A stretch of DNA of 64,000 nucleotides. Source: Azolla caroliniana. Lineage: Eukaryota > Plantae > Polypodiophyta. Shown piece after piece: positions 1-13,084 of the stretch. Both the position numbers and the translations under genes were made by a program. Under the pieces are notes generated by a model that searched no databases, had not been told where the DNA came from, and saw only the letters and a list, made by a program, of their open reading frames with translations. Each line of letters begins with the position of its first letter. Positions within the stretch are counted from its first letter, which is position 1. Location: the NCBI GenBank assembly GCA_043228905.1, contig JBHGNT010000012.1, forward strand, positions 5,022,001 to 5,086,000, read 5' to 3'.

Positions 1-474
1 TTGAACAATAGATAACCATGGTTGTGAGTTTGAACACATGTCTTGTAATAATGAAAATCTATGAGCCATCATATGCTTTGATAAGTTTAATATTCCAGCT
101 CCCCCCAAGCGCTTAGGAGTTACTAGATGATTCCATGCAACCCAAGTGATTCCCATCTTATCCCTCTTCTTCTACAACAAATATCGAAGAGGTTGCAAAA
201 TAGAATGTAAAGCCTTCTTTGTCCATGGCAGCAATGACAAGTAATATAATATCATAGGTTCCATAATAAATTATACAACCTTCAAACGTACATGAAATGA
301 CCAAGATTGTGATTTCCAATACATGAACTTATCCCTCAACTTACTAGACATCCATTCAATCAATTCACCATTTGTAACATTCATTCCTAATGGATAGCCC
401 AAGTGTCGAAATATAGAGCCTTTCTTCACCACAGATCCTTGTCATTCTAAACATTCCAAATCCCTTTCAGTACA
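1..474 (-). pseudogene. LINE (L1-type) ORF2 remnant, C-terminal part of the RT region
   Basis: Manual minus-strand translation gives FRHLGYPLGMNV...IEWMSSKLRDKFMYWKSQSWSFHVRLKVV*FIMEPMILYYLSLLPW, the typical L1 post-RT LG.P / K..W...R motif. It has internal stops and is cut at 474 by an LTR. Confidence 0.75.
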
Positions 475-743
475 TGATATTGAAGAGAATAGCGCGGAAT
501 ATTGCTCGGCCACAACTGAGTCTTGAATCACTTCAATGAGAATGAAACATAGAAATGGGAAGTAGAGAGTACACAAGGGAAATACACAAGATGTTTATGT
601 GGAAAACCCAAATAGGGAAAAACCACGGGAGCCCACGGACTCCAAACTACCAATATATGAGAAAGGTACAATCAAAGACTCGGAGGCAACGACCTTGAGG
701 TTTGTATCTTCGCCAGTCGGTGGTTCAACAGAGTATCGCTCTG

Positions 744-778
<35 letters not shown>

Positions 779-1064
779 GTCGCTCTTTGTACAGTAGTTA
801 TGCACATACAACAATATAACAACATCCAAAGTGATTGCCCTAAGTCATATTTATACTTATATGAACTTAGGGCTATTTACAAATATAGCCTCAATAGGCT
901 TACTCAAAAACATATTTACAAATATGTCTTCACTTCTAGTTCTCACCGGGTCCATCCAATCCGGTTTCCGGATCTCTTCCGGTTCTCACTGGGTCCACCC
1001 GATCCGGTTTCCGGATCTCTTCATTCATAATCGGATCCCATCTGGAGGGACCGATTTCCCAACA
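475..1064 (-). repeat. 3' LTR of copia family A
   Basis: TG...CA ends (TGATATTG at 475; CCCAACA ending 1064). Homologous to the LTRs at 22628-23383 and 35907-36419. Contains a CT microsatellite. Confidence 0.85.
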
Positions 1065-1080
1065 ATCTCCCCCTTCACTC
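1065..1080 (-). promoter_or_regulatory. Polypurine tract
   Basis: GAGTGAAGGGGGAGAT on the minus strand directly before the LTR. Confidence 0.9.
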
Positions 1081-4000
1081 CGACATGGGATGTCTCGTTA
1101 GCCCGATCCGCTTTCGGCACGCGTCCAGCTTGTCGGTCGTCAACACCTTGGTCAGCATATCCGACCCGTTCTCCTCCGAGTGGATCTTCGTCGGCACGAA
1201 CTCTTGATCTTCTACTCTCTCCCGGATCCAATGGTACCTCCGCTGGATATGTTTCGTCTGGAATGGTAGGCATCGTTCTTTGCAAGGTGGATGACACTTG
1301 ACTGTCGCAGTAGAGCCGGTATTCCTCTTGCTAGATCCCTAGCTCTCCGATGAAGTCCTTAATCTAGAGTATCTCCTTGCCGGCTTCCACAGTTGCCATG
1401 TACTCCGCCTCCGTGGTTGATAGCGCAACCGTCTTCTGCAGCCTGCATAAGTCATGACATATCCAGATGTAGACTCCCCCCTGCATAAGTCATGACATAT
1501 CCAGATGTAGACTGGTTGGTATCCGCATCAAACAGCATATCCGAATCCGTGAATTTGTCAAGTTGGGGATTACCGGAGCTTAATTGGAGGCACATACTCG
1601 AGGTGACTTTCAGATACCGGAGTATCCACTTGACCGCGTTCCAATGCTCTCTTCCTGGATTGCTCATGAAACCCACTCACTACTCTGACTGCATATCCGA
1701 TATCCGGTCGGGTACATACCATCGCGTACATCAAGCTTCTGACGATAGAGGCATATGGTATCTTCATCATATCCGTCTTCTCCACCTTTGTCCTCAAACT
1801 TTGTTTTCCAGATAGCTTGCAGTTTGCCGAAAGTGTTGATCCGACCGGCTTCGCCTCCGACATGTTGAACCATTGAAGCACCTTTGTCACGTACTTCTCC
1901 TATGACAACCACAACAACTTCTTCGACCAGTTCTGGATGATGTGCATTCCCAGTATCTGTCTTGCCGGACCCAAGTCTTTCATTGAGAAGGTCTGGTTTA
2001 GAGCCTTCTTCAACATCCAAATCTTGCCTTGGTCTCGTTCGATGATCAACATATCATCCACATACAGGAGGAGTATCAGGAAATCTCCTCCGTCAAATTT
2101 CTTCACAAACATGCAGTGATCGGCCTCCGTCTTGTGGTACCCTTGGTTAGTCATGAAGGAGTCGAACTTCCGGTACCATTGCCGGGGAGCTTGCTTTAGT
2201 CCGTATAGGCTCTTCTTCAGCTGGCACACCAGGTGCTCCTTCCCTTTCTTCTCAAATCCTTCCGATTGCTGCATGTAGATTTCTTCTTCGAGGTCGCCAT
2301 GTAGAAATGCCATCTTGACATCCAGTTGCTTTACCTTGAGGTCCATGCTTGCCGTTATGCCCAATATCATCCGGATGGATGTCATCTTTACTACTGGGGC
2401 AAAAATCTCATCGAAATACACTCCTTTCTTCTGATGGAAGCCCTTCACTACGATTCAGGCCTTATACTTTGGTGGATTTCCGGCATCTCTCGGTTTCAGC
2501 TTGTACACCCACTTGTTCCGAAGTGCTCTGTTCCCTTTCGGCAGCTCCATCAATTCATATGTGTGGTTCTCATGCAGGGAATCCATCTCATCTTGCATGG
2601 CAGACAACCACTTGCGGTTGTGGGTGTCTCTCTTTGCTTCTTCAAAGCTTTCCGGCTCCCCCTCCTCGGTTAGCAACACATGCTCTGCATCTGGAAATCT
2701 CTGGGGGCCTCTTCTCTCTTGGAGAGGATATCATTGTTCTTGGTTTCTAACTACCGGTTCCTCCGTTTGTTCTGAATCTGAATCCGATTCGGGATCTTGT
2801 CCGAATCTGGCCGATTCGTCGAGTGTCATTCGGTTACCGGGTAACATCCGGTTTTCAATCGGGTAAATCCTTGTGTCCTCAAGTCGGTTTTCATTGGATA
2901 ATCCTAGGTTCATCACCTTCTTCTCCGACTCCCAGTCAGCAATGGTCTTGTCTTCCATGAAGACTATGTCCCGACTCCGGAACACCTTCTTGTCGACCAG
3001 ATCCCACACTCGGTAACCAAACTCATCATCACCGTATCCAAGGAATATGCATGGCCGGGACTTCGGATCCAACTTTTTTCTCTTGTCCTTCGCCACATGC
3101 ACGTAAGCGAGACATCTGATCACTTTTAGATGTCGGTAGGATATGTCCTTACCGGTCCATACTCTTTGCAGTGTGTCTCCGTCCAAGGGTACCGAGGGTG
3201 ATTTGTTTATCACATAGGTCATCGTCGTTAGCGCCTCAGCCTAAAACGTCTTGGGTAATTTGGCATGTGCTAGCATGCATCAAATTCTCTCCATTATGGT
3301 CCGGTTCATCCGTTCATCCAGCCCATTCAATTCTGGCGTCTTTGGCATGGTAAATTCGAGTCGGATTCCCTTCGACCGGCAATACTCCTCAAACTACCCC
3401 CGATATTCTCCTCCGTTGTCCGCTTGAACTGCCTTTAGCTTCCGACCGGTTTCTCTTTCCACTCTTGTGTGGAGCTCCTTGAAGACGGATAACACTTGAT
3501 CCTTCGTCTTCAGTGGTGAGACCCACAACTTCTAGTTGTGGTCATCTATGAACGTCACGAAGTACTGCGATCCAGCATGTGACTTCGTGTCCACTTGACA
3601 CACATCGGTATGCACCCGCTCCAATTGTGCATTCCGTCTCATCGATGGTCTTGACCGGAAGGAGGTTCGGTTTTGCTTGCTTGCCAAGCAATCGGTGCAC
3701 TTCTCAAGTTGCACGTCCTTCACCGGAATGAGATTGTCTTCGGCAAGTTTCTTCATCCCCTTCTCACTCATGTGACATAGTCTTTTGTGCCACAGCTCCC
3801 CGGCAGTGTCGGATGCAACATTCACTTCTTCCGGGCATATCCAGGCATATCCAGGCATGCATCAAATATAGCGTGTTGACCTTCTGGGCTCAAGCCACTA
3901 TTAGGCTCCCTTTGGTGAACTTCATAACTCCGTTCCGGATGCTACTCATGTAGCCTTCATCATCTAGCCGACCGACTGATATCAGGTTCAGTCAAACCTC

Positions 4001-4918
4001 TAGAACGTGTCAGACATCCTTCAGTAGCAACTTGCATCCGGTTGATGTCGTCAACGACACATCTCCTATGCTGACAATTCAGCATGTACCTTCATTCCCC
4101 ATCTGGACACAACCATGATCACCGGCTGTGTAGGATGAGAAGTATTTCCGGTCCGGTGTCAGGTGGAAAGACACTTCAGAATCGACAACCCACGTTGTCT
4201 CGTCGCCGACAAGGTTTAACTCACTCTCTTCGGTAATGAGCATCAATTCCTCTTCACTTGTCATGATCGTTGATGTTCCTTTCTGATCCGGTCCTCTCCG
4301 GTCCGAACTCTTATTCGAATCGGTAGTGTTGGTCTCTTTCTCTTTCCGGAAATGCCGATAGTTCTTCTGGAAGTTCCCTGACTTCCCACAACAGAAGCAA
4401 GTAGGCCTCCCCCTTGACTTCGACCGTGTGCCCGATTTGTCCCGGTTTTGGGGACTCCGATACCGGCCTCTTCCCCGATTGTGGTCATCTTCCGTGACCA
4501 AGTCCTTCGGATTGGTTCTGGACTCCCGATCCTTCCGGTGAGCTTCTTCATCTAGCAAGCTTGATTTTACCCTTGCTAGGGACAACTGTTTTCCTTCCGG
4601 CCCAACGTTTCCTGACGTGACAACTAGCCTCTCCTAGCTATCTGGGAGGGAACCGAGCTGGAGTAATGCGAGTACCTCATCAGCGAGAGGTACTTCCAAC
4701 GAGGTGGCTTGATGTATCAACCCCGGGAAGGCATTCATGTGCTTCGCCATACTGGAGTCATCCTAGTAACGGAGCCTCACTAGCTTCCGGAATACCGAAA
4801 CCCGATTAACAACATTCTTGTTCTGTAACATGATGCCGATCTTCTCCCAGAGTTCATGAGCCTTGCTCTCTTCATTGAAGTTGTTGCACAAGCTCATGTC
4901 GATGAAGCATCGGATGTA

Positions 4919-5107
4919 TGTTAGTATTTCGGTCCCTCCGGGTGGGATATGAGTACCCGACAACGCAAACCCGGTGAGAACCAGATGATGAGTACCCGGC
5001 AAGGAAGAACCGGTGAGAACCGAATGATGCAGACCCGGTGAGAACCTCTCACCGGATGAAGGGACATATATGTAATATATGTTCCAGAGAGCCCACTAGG
5101 GCTATAT
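4919..5107 (+). repeat. Truncated LTR related to family A, inserted into gag of the first copia
   Basis: Starts TGTTAG. Shares the GACATAT..AATATGTT..GAGAGCCCA..GGCTATAT block with 22975-23020 and has three CCGGTGAGAACC repeats. Confidence 0.7.
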
Positions 5108-5791
5108 CATCACCTCTCGTTCTCGTGCTTCAAGTGCGGCCGACCTTTCAGCAAGCAATCGCTTGAGGTTCGCTTCACGGCTCGCGGCTTGTTCTCGTTG
5201 CTGGCCAAGAATATTGTTGTGATTCTGTTCAGCCAACTCGGCCAGAGCGATCTGGGCCTGAAGCTCCTCTTGGTAGTCCCTAAGGGGAGGTCCTGTCTGG
5301 GTTGCCGTTTGCTGGAGTTGGGCCGAGGACTCCCTGTCTGTCTGTGTCGCTCGTTCCATGACGACCGGAGGTGGTGGCGTTTGCGTCGAGGTTTGGCTGG
5401 TTTGGGGGTGCGGGCTGATATCTGCCCGTGATGATGGCTCACTTGTCTGTACCGAGTCCATCATTGTGCTGGCCTTGGCCGTGGCTACCGTGGGGTGGGT
5501 GGTGTCGTCTTTGGTATCTTCAGCACTCGAGCTGGGGTTCGGAAGAGTGGTTGGTGAGACAACTTCACTCGGCGCAAGGAGGATTAAGGGTGGTTGTTGC
5601 TGTGTGAGTGTCGCCAGTTTCTCCTCAGCGTCTTGCCATAGGTCGGTAGCCCGTTTGGCTTGCTGATGCGCCGTTTTGATATGTCGGTCCATGTCCTTGG
5701 TTGTCCGAGTAGTGTGGTGTAGATTGCGATATGCCTCGACTAAGGCCATGTTCAGATCCGGTAGTTCCATGAGGAGCGAAGCATTCTGCAC
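5108..5791 (-). pseudogene. Fragment of a coiled-coil / low-complexity accessory ORF of a gypsy element
   Basis: 229-aa open frame with a Q/E/A helical segment and a T/P/S linker, similar in composition to the extra ORF at 52517-55068. Truncated at both ends. Confidence 0.5.
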
Positions 5792-5799
5792 TTGCTTCT

Positions 5800-7924
5800 T
5801 CCGTCCTATCTTCTGTAAGGCTCGATCCTTGTGAGATCACTACGAACTACGTTGAAGACAACCTTCAGCCGCCATTACGGCGCCCAATAGCACCAAGCGG
5901 TCTCGGCCATCTGGCCGACACCTTGAGCCAGTCGAAGGAACTTCCGACTCGGCGGTCACGGACCAATCTTTCCACGAAATATCGGAAGCTCACCGGTTGC
6001 AATCCTCGCCACCTGCTACTCGGTCGCGAGTTGAGTCCACACCAACCTCTCCACTAAGCCCTCCAGAGGTCACCCACCTTGACCCTAACCCTTTTTCGGT
6101 TTTACCGGAAGACCCCGAATTCGATACCACGATACACCGACAGCCTCGACGCAGAGTCGCACATCCATGCCTTCGTGTCCACATGGCAGGCCAACCACTC
6201 AACACAACGACTCTCGCCTACCGAAATCGAGGCCTCAAAAATTGCTGAGTTTACACTATCCCTCGATGGACCAGCTGTGCGATGGTATTCTGGCCTCGAC
6301 ACAAGGGAGTTCGTCACCTTCCACAACGTTCGCACGCAGTTCCTAGAACTGTTCCATCGCGAGGTGCCCAAACGAGAATTGCTTCGACAGTTCTTTTCCA
6401 TGCGACAAGAACCGCACGAGACGGTCACACAGTTCACGATCCGGTTCCGGGATCTCTACAGACAAGTGGCCGACGATGTCTCTGCACAACACATTCTGGA
6501 CGCATTCATGTCCAGCCTACGGGAGCCTCTATGGACGACTCTCGCACTTACTAATTTTGACAACCAAATGATCGAGCAAGTCATAGTGCGCGTCCTCGCC
6601 CTCGATCGGACTCAGCAAAGCACAACTTTCTCTATGAGTTCATTGCAAAGCGCCCTTCCCCAGGAGGATAATCGCTTCCGCCACGCCCTCCAATGCATAG
6701 TTTGCTCGGGATCGGGCCATATGGCCCTCGAATGTCCTCACCGACCATAGTGTCTGATCTGCCAGTCCCGATCCCACATTCTCGAGCACTGTGAATACAA
6801 TATGCTCAACCGCACAACGACGGCCCCGGTTCGCCAGGTCGAGCCTAGGGATACATACTCTCGTCAGGATGAGCGACAATCCTACCGGAACCAGGGTAAC
6901 CAACGACCCCGATCGCCGGATAGACGGTGTCGTGACGACGATTACCGTTGGGACCACGACCATTATCGAAACGACAACCGACGGAGATCGGACGACCGCC
7001 GTGATCGTTATCACGATGACCAGTATCGGGCAGACAACGATTATGATCAGAATGAAGATGATCGGGAGGATGATATGATCAACAAAATTCCCGTAATGAT
7101 CGGCGAACTCTCACCGAGGATCGCGCAACAACAGAAGGAATAACGACAACCGTCGTCGGGACCCCCCGCAAAATGAACCGTGCATCTCAAACGCACCTTG
7201 GACCAACCCACCAACACACGAGGCCAGGAATCAACCGCACCCCCCCACACACATAGATCGGGCTGGCACCAACAACTCGGCCGTCGTTACCTACTTCAAG
7301 TGCAACCAACCTGGTCACTACGCTACGCAATGCCCAACAACAGATCGCGGAAAGGCTCCTGCCGTGAATAGTATTATGGTCGATGTGCAAAACGTCACAA
7401 CACACAGCAAAGCCCAGGCTACCCCATGGCAAGTACAGGATGAAGTCCGACAAGCAGCCAAAGAATGGATGGATACGGCCAACAAAAACAATGTGGTGCG
7501 GATGCAAACAGAAATGGGAGACGCGATCATCGGAGCAACACAGTCCTCGGCACCATCCACGGTGACAGAAGATGACCAGTTGTGGGACGCCCTTACCAGT
7601 TCCAGGATCTACCTGCCTCTGCATAAACTCTTACCACTCATGCCGCGGTTTCGGGACACCTTGGATACACTCACGGCCAACACCCATTCCACTGCGCCAT
7701 CTGTGCACCTGACCGAGCCAGGACCGGGTCCACCCCTCATGGATGCGTAGAATCCAGCCATAAAAATTATGATTAAAGGAAGGGACCTGCACGGGTGCAT
7801 AATCGACGGCGGCTCTAGCGTGAATGTCATCAGCGAGGCTACCTGTCATAAACTCGGCCTGAATCAATGGGAACCTTGCCCCTTTTGGCTTCGGATGGCC
7901 GACACACGATCGGTTCGTCCCACC
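5800..7924 (+). pseudogene. Ty3/gypsy gag-protease remnant, same lineage as 46342-52140
   Basis: DAESHIHAFVSTWQANH..QRL, a CIVCSGSGH knuckle, an RD-rich tract, IIDGGSSVNV and WEPCPFWLRMADT all match the intact element. Has stops and frameshifts. Confidence 0.9.
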
Positions 7925-7934
7925 CGACGTGCCA
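7917..7934 (-). promoter_or_regulatory. PBS-like site complementary to tRNA-Arg(UCU)
   Basis: Minus strand TGGCACGTCGGGTGGGAC matches 16/18 of the recalled complement TGGCACGCCCGGTGGGAC. It lies 5 nt from the 8787 LTR once the 7943-8785 insert is removed. Confidence 0.7.
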
Positions 7935-7942
7935 AATTGTGT

Positions 7943-8785
7943 TAATCATTCTGTTGGAAACACCTTCGATATGCCTACAAGCTATCGGTATCAAGGGAAG
8001 TGTAACGTGAAGACTTGTGCATAGAGGTGTCTGTGAAAGTGTTTTTAGAAGCTAAGCCATTGAACATTAGAAGAATATAAAGTATGGATAATTCAGATTT
8101 GGAGGCTAAGAACACAAACCAAGACCTTAGGAAGAAGACAAAAGTAAAAGTAATAGACCAAGAGAAAAGTAAAAAGAGAAAAAGCGGACCATAAAAAATA
8201 GTAAAAAAGGAATGGTCATAACTCATTCATTTTTCACCCAAATATTAGGTTTAAATATGGGTTAGAAATCTTGTAAAGAGATCTATCTATAGCGTTTTAA
8301 ATCACTAAATTCGGAGCTCTAAGGAGGGAGATATGACGATTAGAAGGTCGTTGGATCTTAGCTAAAATTAGGAGATAAAAAGCTTCTAAAAATAGCATGA
8401 ACGAAGAAGAAGAAGAAAATTATAAAAGAGGAAGTGATAGTCTTAGATGAGGGACTAAGAGGGAGAGGATACTAATAGAGGAGAGGGAGTCTTAGGAAGA
8501 GATATCTTAGTGAAAGAGGAAGGGTCTTAATTGTGGTTTTTGAGTGATTGGTAGTAAGAAGGTCTTTGGTTTCTTAGTTGAATGTGGAGTTTATCTCCTT
8601 TGTATTGTCTTGATGTTGGAATATCATAACAATATTATCTCTTTCTCATCTTCTATATCTTTTTTTCTTAATTTCTTGAGTCTCTCTTGATCCATATAAT
8701 ATATTATGAGTCACAACTCCATCTAACCGGTTTGGTCAAGCCCTCATATAGTGTAAGATTATCCTTTGTCTTAAACACCTCATCA
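7943..8785 (+). mobile_element. Probable solo LTR
   Basis: An 843-bp insert ending TCATCA and flanked by GTGT (7939-7942 and 8786-8789). Contains TATAAAA at about 8420 followed by a GA-rich tract. The 5' end is TA rather than TG. Confidence 0.6.
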
Positions 8786-8786
8786 G

Positions 8787-9186
8787 TGTCGTTAGGGAAA
8801 AAACACAGAGAGCCTACCCGGAATAGAGCCTGGGTTGTATACGTAGTTGAGACCTTAGAAACGACGGCACATAGATGAAACAACAAGAGCTAATAGATAT
8901 GTATTACTGCAACAGTTAATGATGATTACAAAAACACGGCCCACAGCGGGTAGCCTTACAAAGCTCTTATATCTATGAAAACGACCTCGCCTAGGCTCTC
9001 GATATCTCCCCCTCCGCCGAGGTACGCAGACCTCGGTTTATATACTTCTTTTCCTTCATATAGCGCCGAGCGGTCGGCTGACTGTGAGGCTCGAAACTCG
9101 GCATTTACCTAACTCTCCCTTACCTATTTGCCTTACCTCCGGCGTATTACATTTAACTAATTTCTATTTTTGGCCTATGGACAACA
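8787..9186 (-). repeat. Gypsy-type LTR (400 bp)
   Basis: Minus strand reads TGTTGTCC...TAACGACA with an internal TATATAAA. It abuts the PBS after the insert is removed and abuts LINE sequence at 9187. Confidence 0.7.
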
Positions 9187-9641
9187 TTCCTCATCTAATG
9201 GTGCATGTATCAATAATGCATTACACCTAGAGAGAACTTGTGAGAATGTTCGAAGAAGACCGCTTCTTCGTTGAGCATTAGTTACTCCATACATGCGACG
9301 AATGATCTTAATATTTCGTAACGTGATATCCTATGCTTTAACTCCTTTAAGATTCACTTCTTATGAAAAATTTATCAAAATTTGCTCCATGAGAGAATCA
9401 AAGTGAGGTTGACGCAAAAGAGAAGAGTTAAAGTGTAATGGAGGCTTTCCAAGTAAGGATTTATACATGTCAATTGCATGATCACAAACCTCCAAACAAA
9501 TAGGAAAGTGATCTGAAGTTCCTACATCTTGTAAAACTGCAATACAAAGTGATGTCGGTAAAAAAGAATCATTGTGCATCACATACATTCTATCTAACCG
9601 ACTCCATGTTTGTCTATGTTGAGCGGATTGGAAAATAAAAC
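9187..9641 (-). pseudogene. LINE ORF2, end of the APE endonuclease domain
   Basis: FQSAQHRQTWSRLDRMYV...GTSDHFPI. Joins in frame to GNDLGFT at 15867 across the hAT insertion. Confidence 0.9.
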
Positions 9642-10542
9642 TAGCAATGGGCCCGGTTCGGTTTGGTTTTTTGGCCTTGAAACCAAACCACTTATTAAGA
9701 AAAAAAACCCAACCAAACCGTTTGAACATTTTGAAGCCATTTAAACCAGACCATTTTGAACCAAACCGTTTAAACCAAACCATTTAAGAAGTATGAGAAA
9801 CCAAACCATTTAAGCCAAACCGTTTAGGAACAATTTAGAATCAAACCAAAGCATTTACGAAAAAATCAGAACCAAACCAAACCATTTACGAAAAAACCAA
9901 AACCAAACCAAACCAAACCAAACCACTTTAAGAAAATGTAACAAAAGACATTGCAACATCTAAACCAAAACCAGAGATTCGTTAAACATAATAAAGAAAG
10001 TAGAGGTTAGATAAATATAAAAACAAAACCAAAGACAAATAATAATAAACAAAATGAATTAGAGAAAGAAAAACAGAAATTTAGACATTTGAAATGTTTT
10101 TTGAAGAAGAATACTATAATAAATAGAAATTTTCTGATAATAAAGTTTTGTGGAGAATGTATAGATAATACACAAAAAACTAAAAGTTTTTTGGAATGAA
10201 ATCCTAGAGCTTATGACCAACAATCGATCATATACAGTTCATGTCAGCATTTAAGTTTATATCCACCATTTACAACAAAGTCAAAAATATAAGAAAAATG
10301 TGAAAAACCTCTACATAAACTAATGTTCCTCTTTTAGTTTCCAATGTTTACTTTCAGCTTGAATTACGAATTCCTGGAAGTATAAAATATGTAAAAGAAG
10401 TAATTAGTAATAATAATAAAAAACAAATTCGTAAAGTATGCACTAAGAAATTACAATGTCTTCGAGGATCTCCAATTGCAACTTGCATTTCATGGACTTG
10501 TGAAAAAGTATCATGATTCCTGTACTAAAAGGTATGCACACC

Positions 10543-12630
10543 TTATCTCCCATGATTATCATGTAACATGTAATCTATTACCTCGTCTTCACCAACAAGA
10601 TCATCTAGATTAAATTTAAATTCTTCATAAGCCATGTGAAAGTTATCTGTTATTTGAACATCCGATTCTCGCAAAACTTGCATCCGTGATCGAATACACA
10701 TTTCGGCCTTGAATGTGCATGAATGTGGTTTGATCCTATCATCAAAGGTCATTTTTACTGCTGAATTTGCCTCTTCAGCAGGTACTGATGATGCTGGTAT
10801 AACAAGGTAATCACATGTCATCCTATACAATTGTGGCATTGTAGGTTTATTATCATGCCACCATTGTAAAGGATCCTTGTCTGTGCTAGCTAAAGGAAGT
10901 CTTATGAACTGCTCAATTTCAGATCGAGAATCTGAAACAAGACTTTTATTGTGTACACCCATTAACCTCCAAATTTTAGAGTTATTATCAATAGGTTGTA
11001 TTGTGTTGAAGGTGGCTCAACACCACTCGAGAATGAGTGGTGATGGGACTCAATCATGCCTTCAACCAACTTAATATCTAACTCTCTTTCGATATGGTCA
11101 TTTGGAATAGGCAATCTATAAAGGAATGAAAAATATTATTAAACTCAAATAAAATATTAGAAAGCATGAAGACAATTGTAAAACTTAAAGGAAAGTATTA
11201 CCTGGGATCAAGAAACATTGCAATGCGCGATGGAATAGACTTTAACGATTCTTGATACTTAATTAAATATTGTAAGCAGTTCTCAGACGTGTTTTGAAGC
11301 ACCTCTTGTGTGAATCTAGATGATCTTGGAAAGGTAGAATCTAAAAACTAATTACAATGATTAAGTAAACAATTATACGCTAGCTAGTGATAATGTAGGA
11401 TATCTTGATCCTACTAGAAAGGTAGAAACCTCTGCAGGTGTTTCTAACCATTCCTCCATAGCATGTATGTGACTCCAATCTTCTACGGTCAAGACATAAC
11501 CATTGAAATCACTTGAAATTGTTAGATCTGAAATTGTAAAATTCAATATATCTCTATCCTTGATAGCTTGCCTAAACATCTCCAAAGTAGAATTCCATCT
11601 TGTAACGACATCAAACCTTGGAGGTTCCTTTTCACGATGTTCAACCATCTTAGCATACTTCCTAAACACTTCCATTCGAACCTTGCTAGATCTAATAGTT
11701 TGGAGCACTGTTCTCAACTTTTCCGTTGAGGGTGAGATAATCTGTAATGCTGACTTGATGCCCAATTGAAAAGTGTGCACCATACACCTTAACATGTGTG
11801 AGGGAGCTAAAATTTCCTTACCATGCTCATTTTGTAACAACGTGCTCAATTCCTTTGCAGCCATTTGTGCATCACTAGCTCCATAAAAAATTGTAGCTAA
11901 TAATCGACTTCAAATATTAAAAGATCCAAGTCGACAAAAGAGGGCATGTGCACAACGTTTCCCTGATCCAGCACTTGGAAATACATGCACAAAATCCAAT
12001 AGCATGGACCTTGATCTTGTTGTCTCGTGACATGCCCAATGAAGTGTCAATGAGTAGAAGCCCTTTAGACTACTATTTGACCAACCATCAAAGTAATAGA
12101 AAATCTTGATTGACTTTTTGATAACAAATTTATCACTTGATGGCGCAACACCACATACATTTCTAAGATGGAACGTTTAATCGTGTGCATTGTCTTCATC
12201 TGATATCCAGGTACAAGGTCGTGTACGAACTCTTTAAATGCATCTGATTCCACACGTGCATGGGCAAAGTTCCCTTGACAATATACCTCATGACGAAACA
12301 ATCAATTTTCTTCTCTAAAACATGAGATACTTTAGTAGACTCTATAGAAGATTGAATAATCTTCGAAATACCTGAATTTTGATTTGGTTCGTCTGATAGA
12401 TGATGTTTTTCTGTTAAATGCTTAGCTATAGTACCTGTGGATGTTTTTGAAGAGCAACAAACATGACAATGATGGCATCGTCGTCGAGGTGTGCCATTAT
12501 CCATATAAGATATGATGTGAGCATCTGTCCATGATGAACATTGCCTTTTTCTTGACATGCTTGTTTGCCCATGGATAACATTATTTGATGATGAGTCCAT
12601 CGCTGCATGAGTTTGAGAAGATGATTCCAT
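10543..12630 (-). pseudogene. hAT transposase (BED finger, catalytic core, hATC dimerisation domain) with an intron at 11116-11201
   Basis: CHHC...HLTEKHH BED finger; RCMVH; DVVTRWNST; FLDPR restored by a GT-AG intron; DPLQWW...IPASSVPAE. Frameshifts and stops are present. Confidence 0.92.
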
Positions 12631-13084
12631 TTAATGTTGTCCCTATAAAACATAAAAAAAGAAAGCATAGTTATGTATATAATATAGATATTTTGTCCAT
12701 AAGATAGTAACTACCATGACTATGACTCATATATGCATGGTTGCATCCTCTTATTAATAGCAATAGTAAATAACATTGTATGTACTGAGCAAATACAATG
12801 CAAACAAGTTAAAAAGCTCACAAAAATGAGTGTGCGTTCAAATGTTAAAGTTAAGCCTATGAACTCACTCACAAAAACGAGTGTGCGTTCAAATGTCAAA
12901 TACCTCTAGAGTGGTAATTGGGTTGCTAACCTCTATAAAATTGGCCCAATATTGGAATTGACTTATTAACCTCCAAAATTCCCATCTATGGCCAGTCACG
13001 AACTGCTCGCTATCTGATGCCTTGCTTAAATGGTCCCAAAAAATAGATGTAGTTTAACTTCTAGAAGGTCATCTATGGTCTAGA

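Larger units (their letters stand above)
475..4918 (-). mobile_element. Ty1/copia LTR retrotransposon (family A, Tork/Tnt1-like), decayed, 5' end truncated
   Basis: Minus-strand ORF fragments occur in the order gag (CFCCGKSGN knuckle remnant), protease (WVVDS), GAG-pre-integrase/integrase (LWHKRLCHMSE, YFVTFIDD), RT (QLDVKMAFLHG, LLYVDDML) and RNase H. A PPT and 3' LTR follow. Confidence 0.95.

Noticed and set aside
595-1030. ORFs with ER/SL dipeptide runs (also at 23419)
   Set aside because: These are translations of GA/CT microsatellites within LTRs.
1440-1512. 33-bp direct repeat in copia RNase H
   Set aside because: A local duplication or repair scar in a dead element, with no sign of function.
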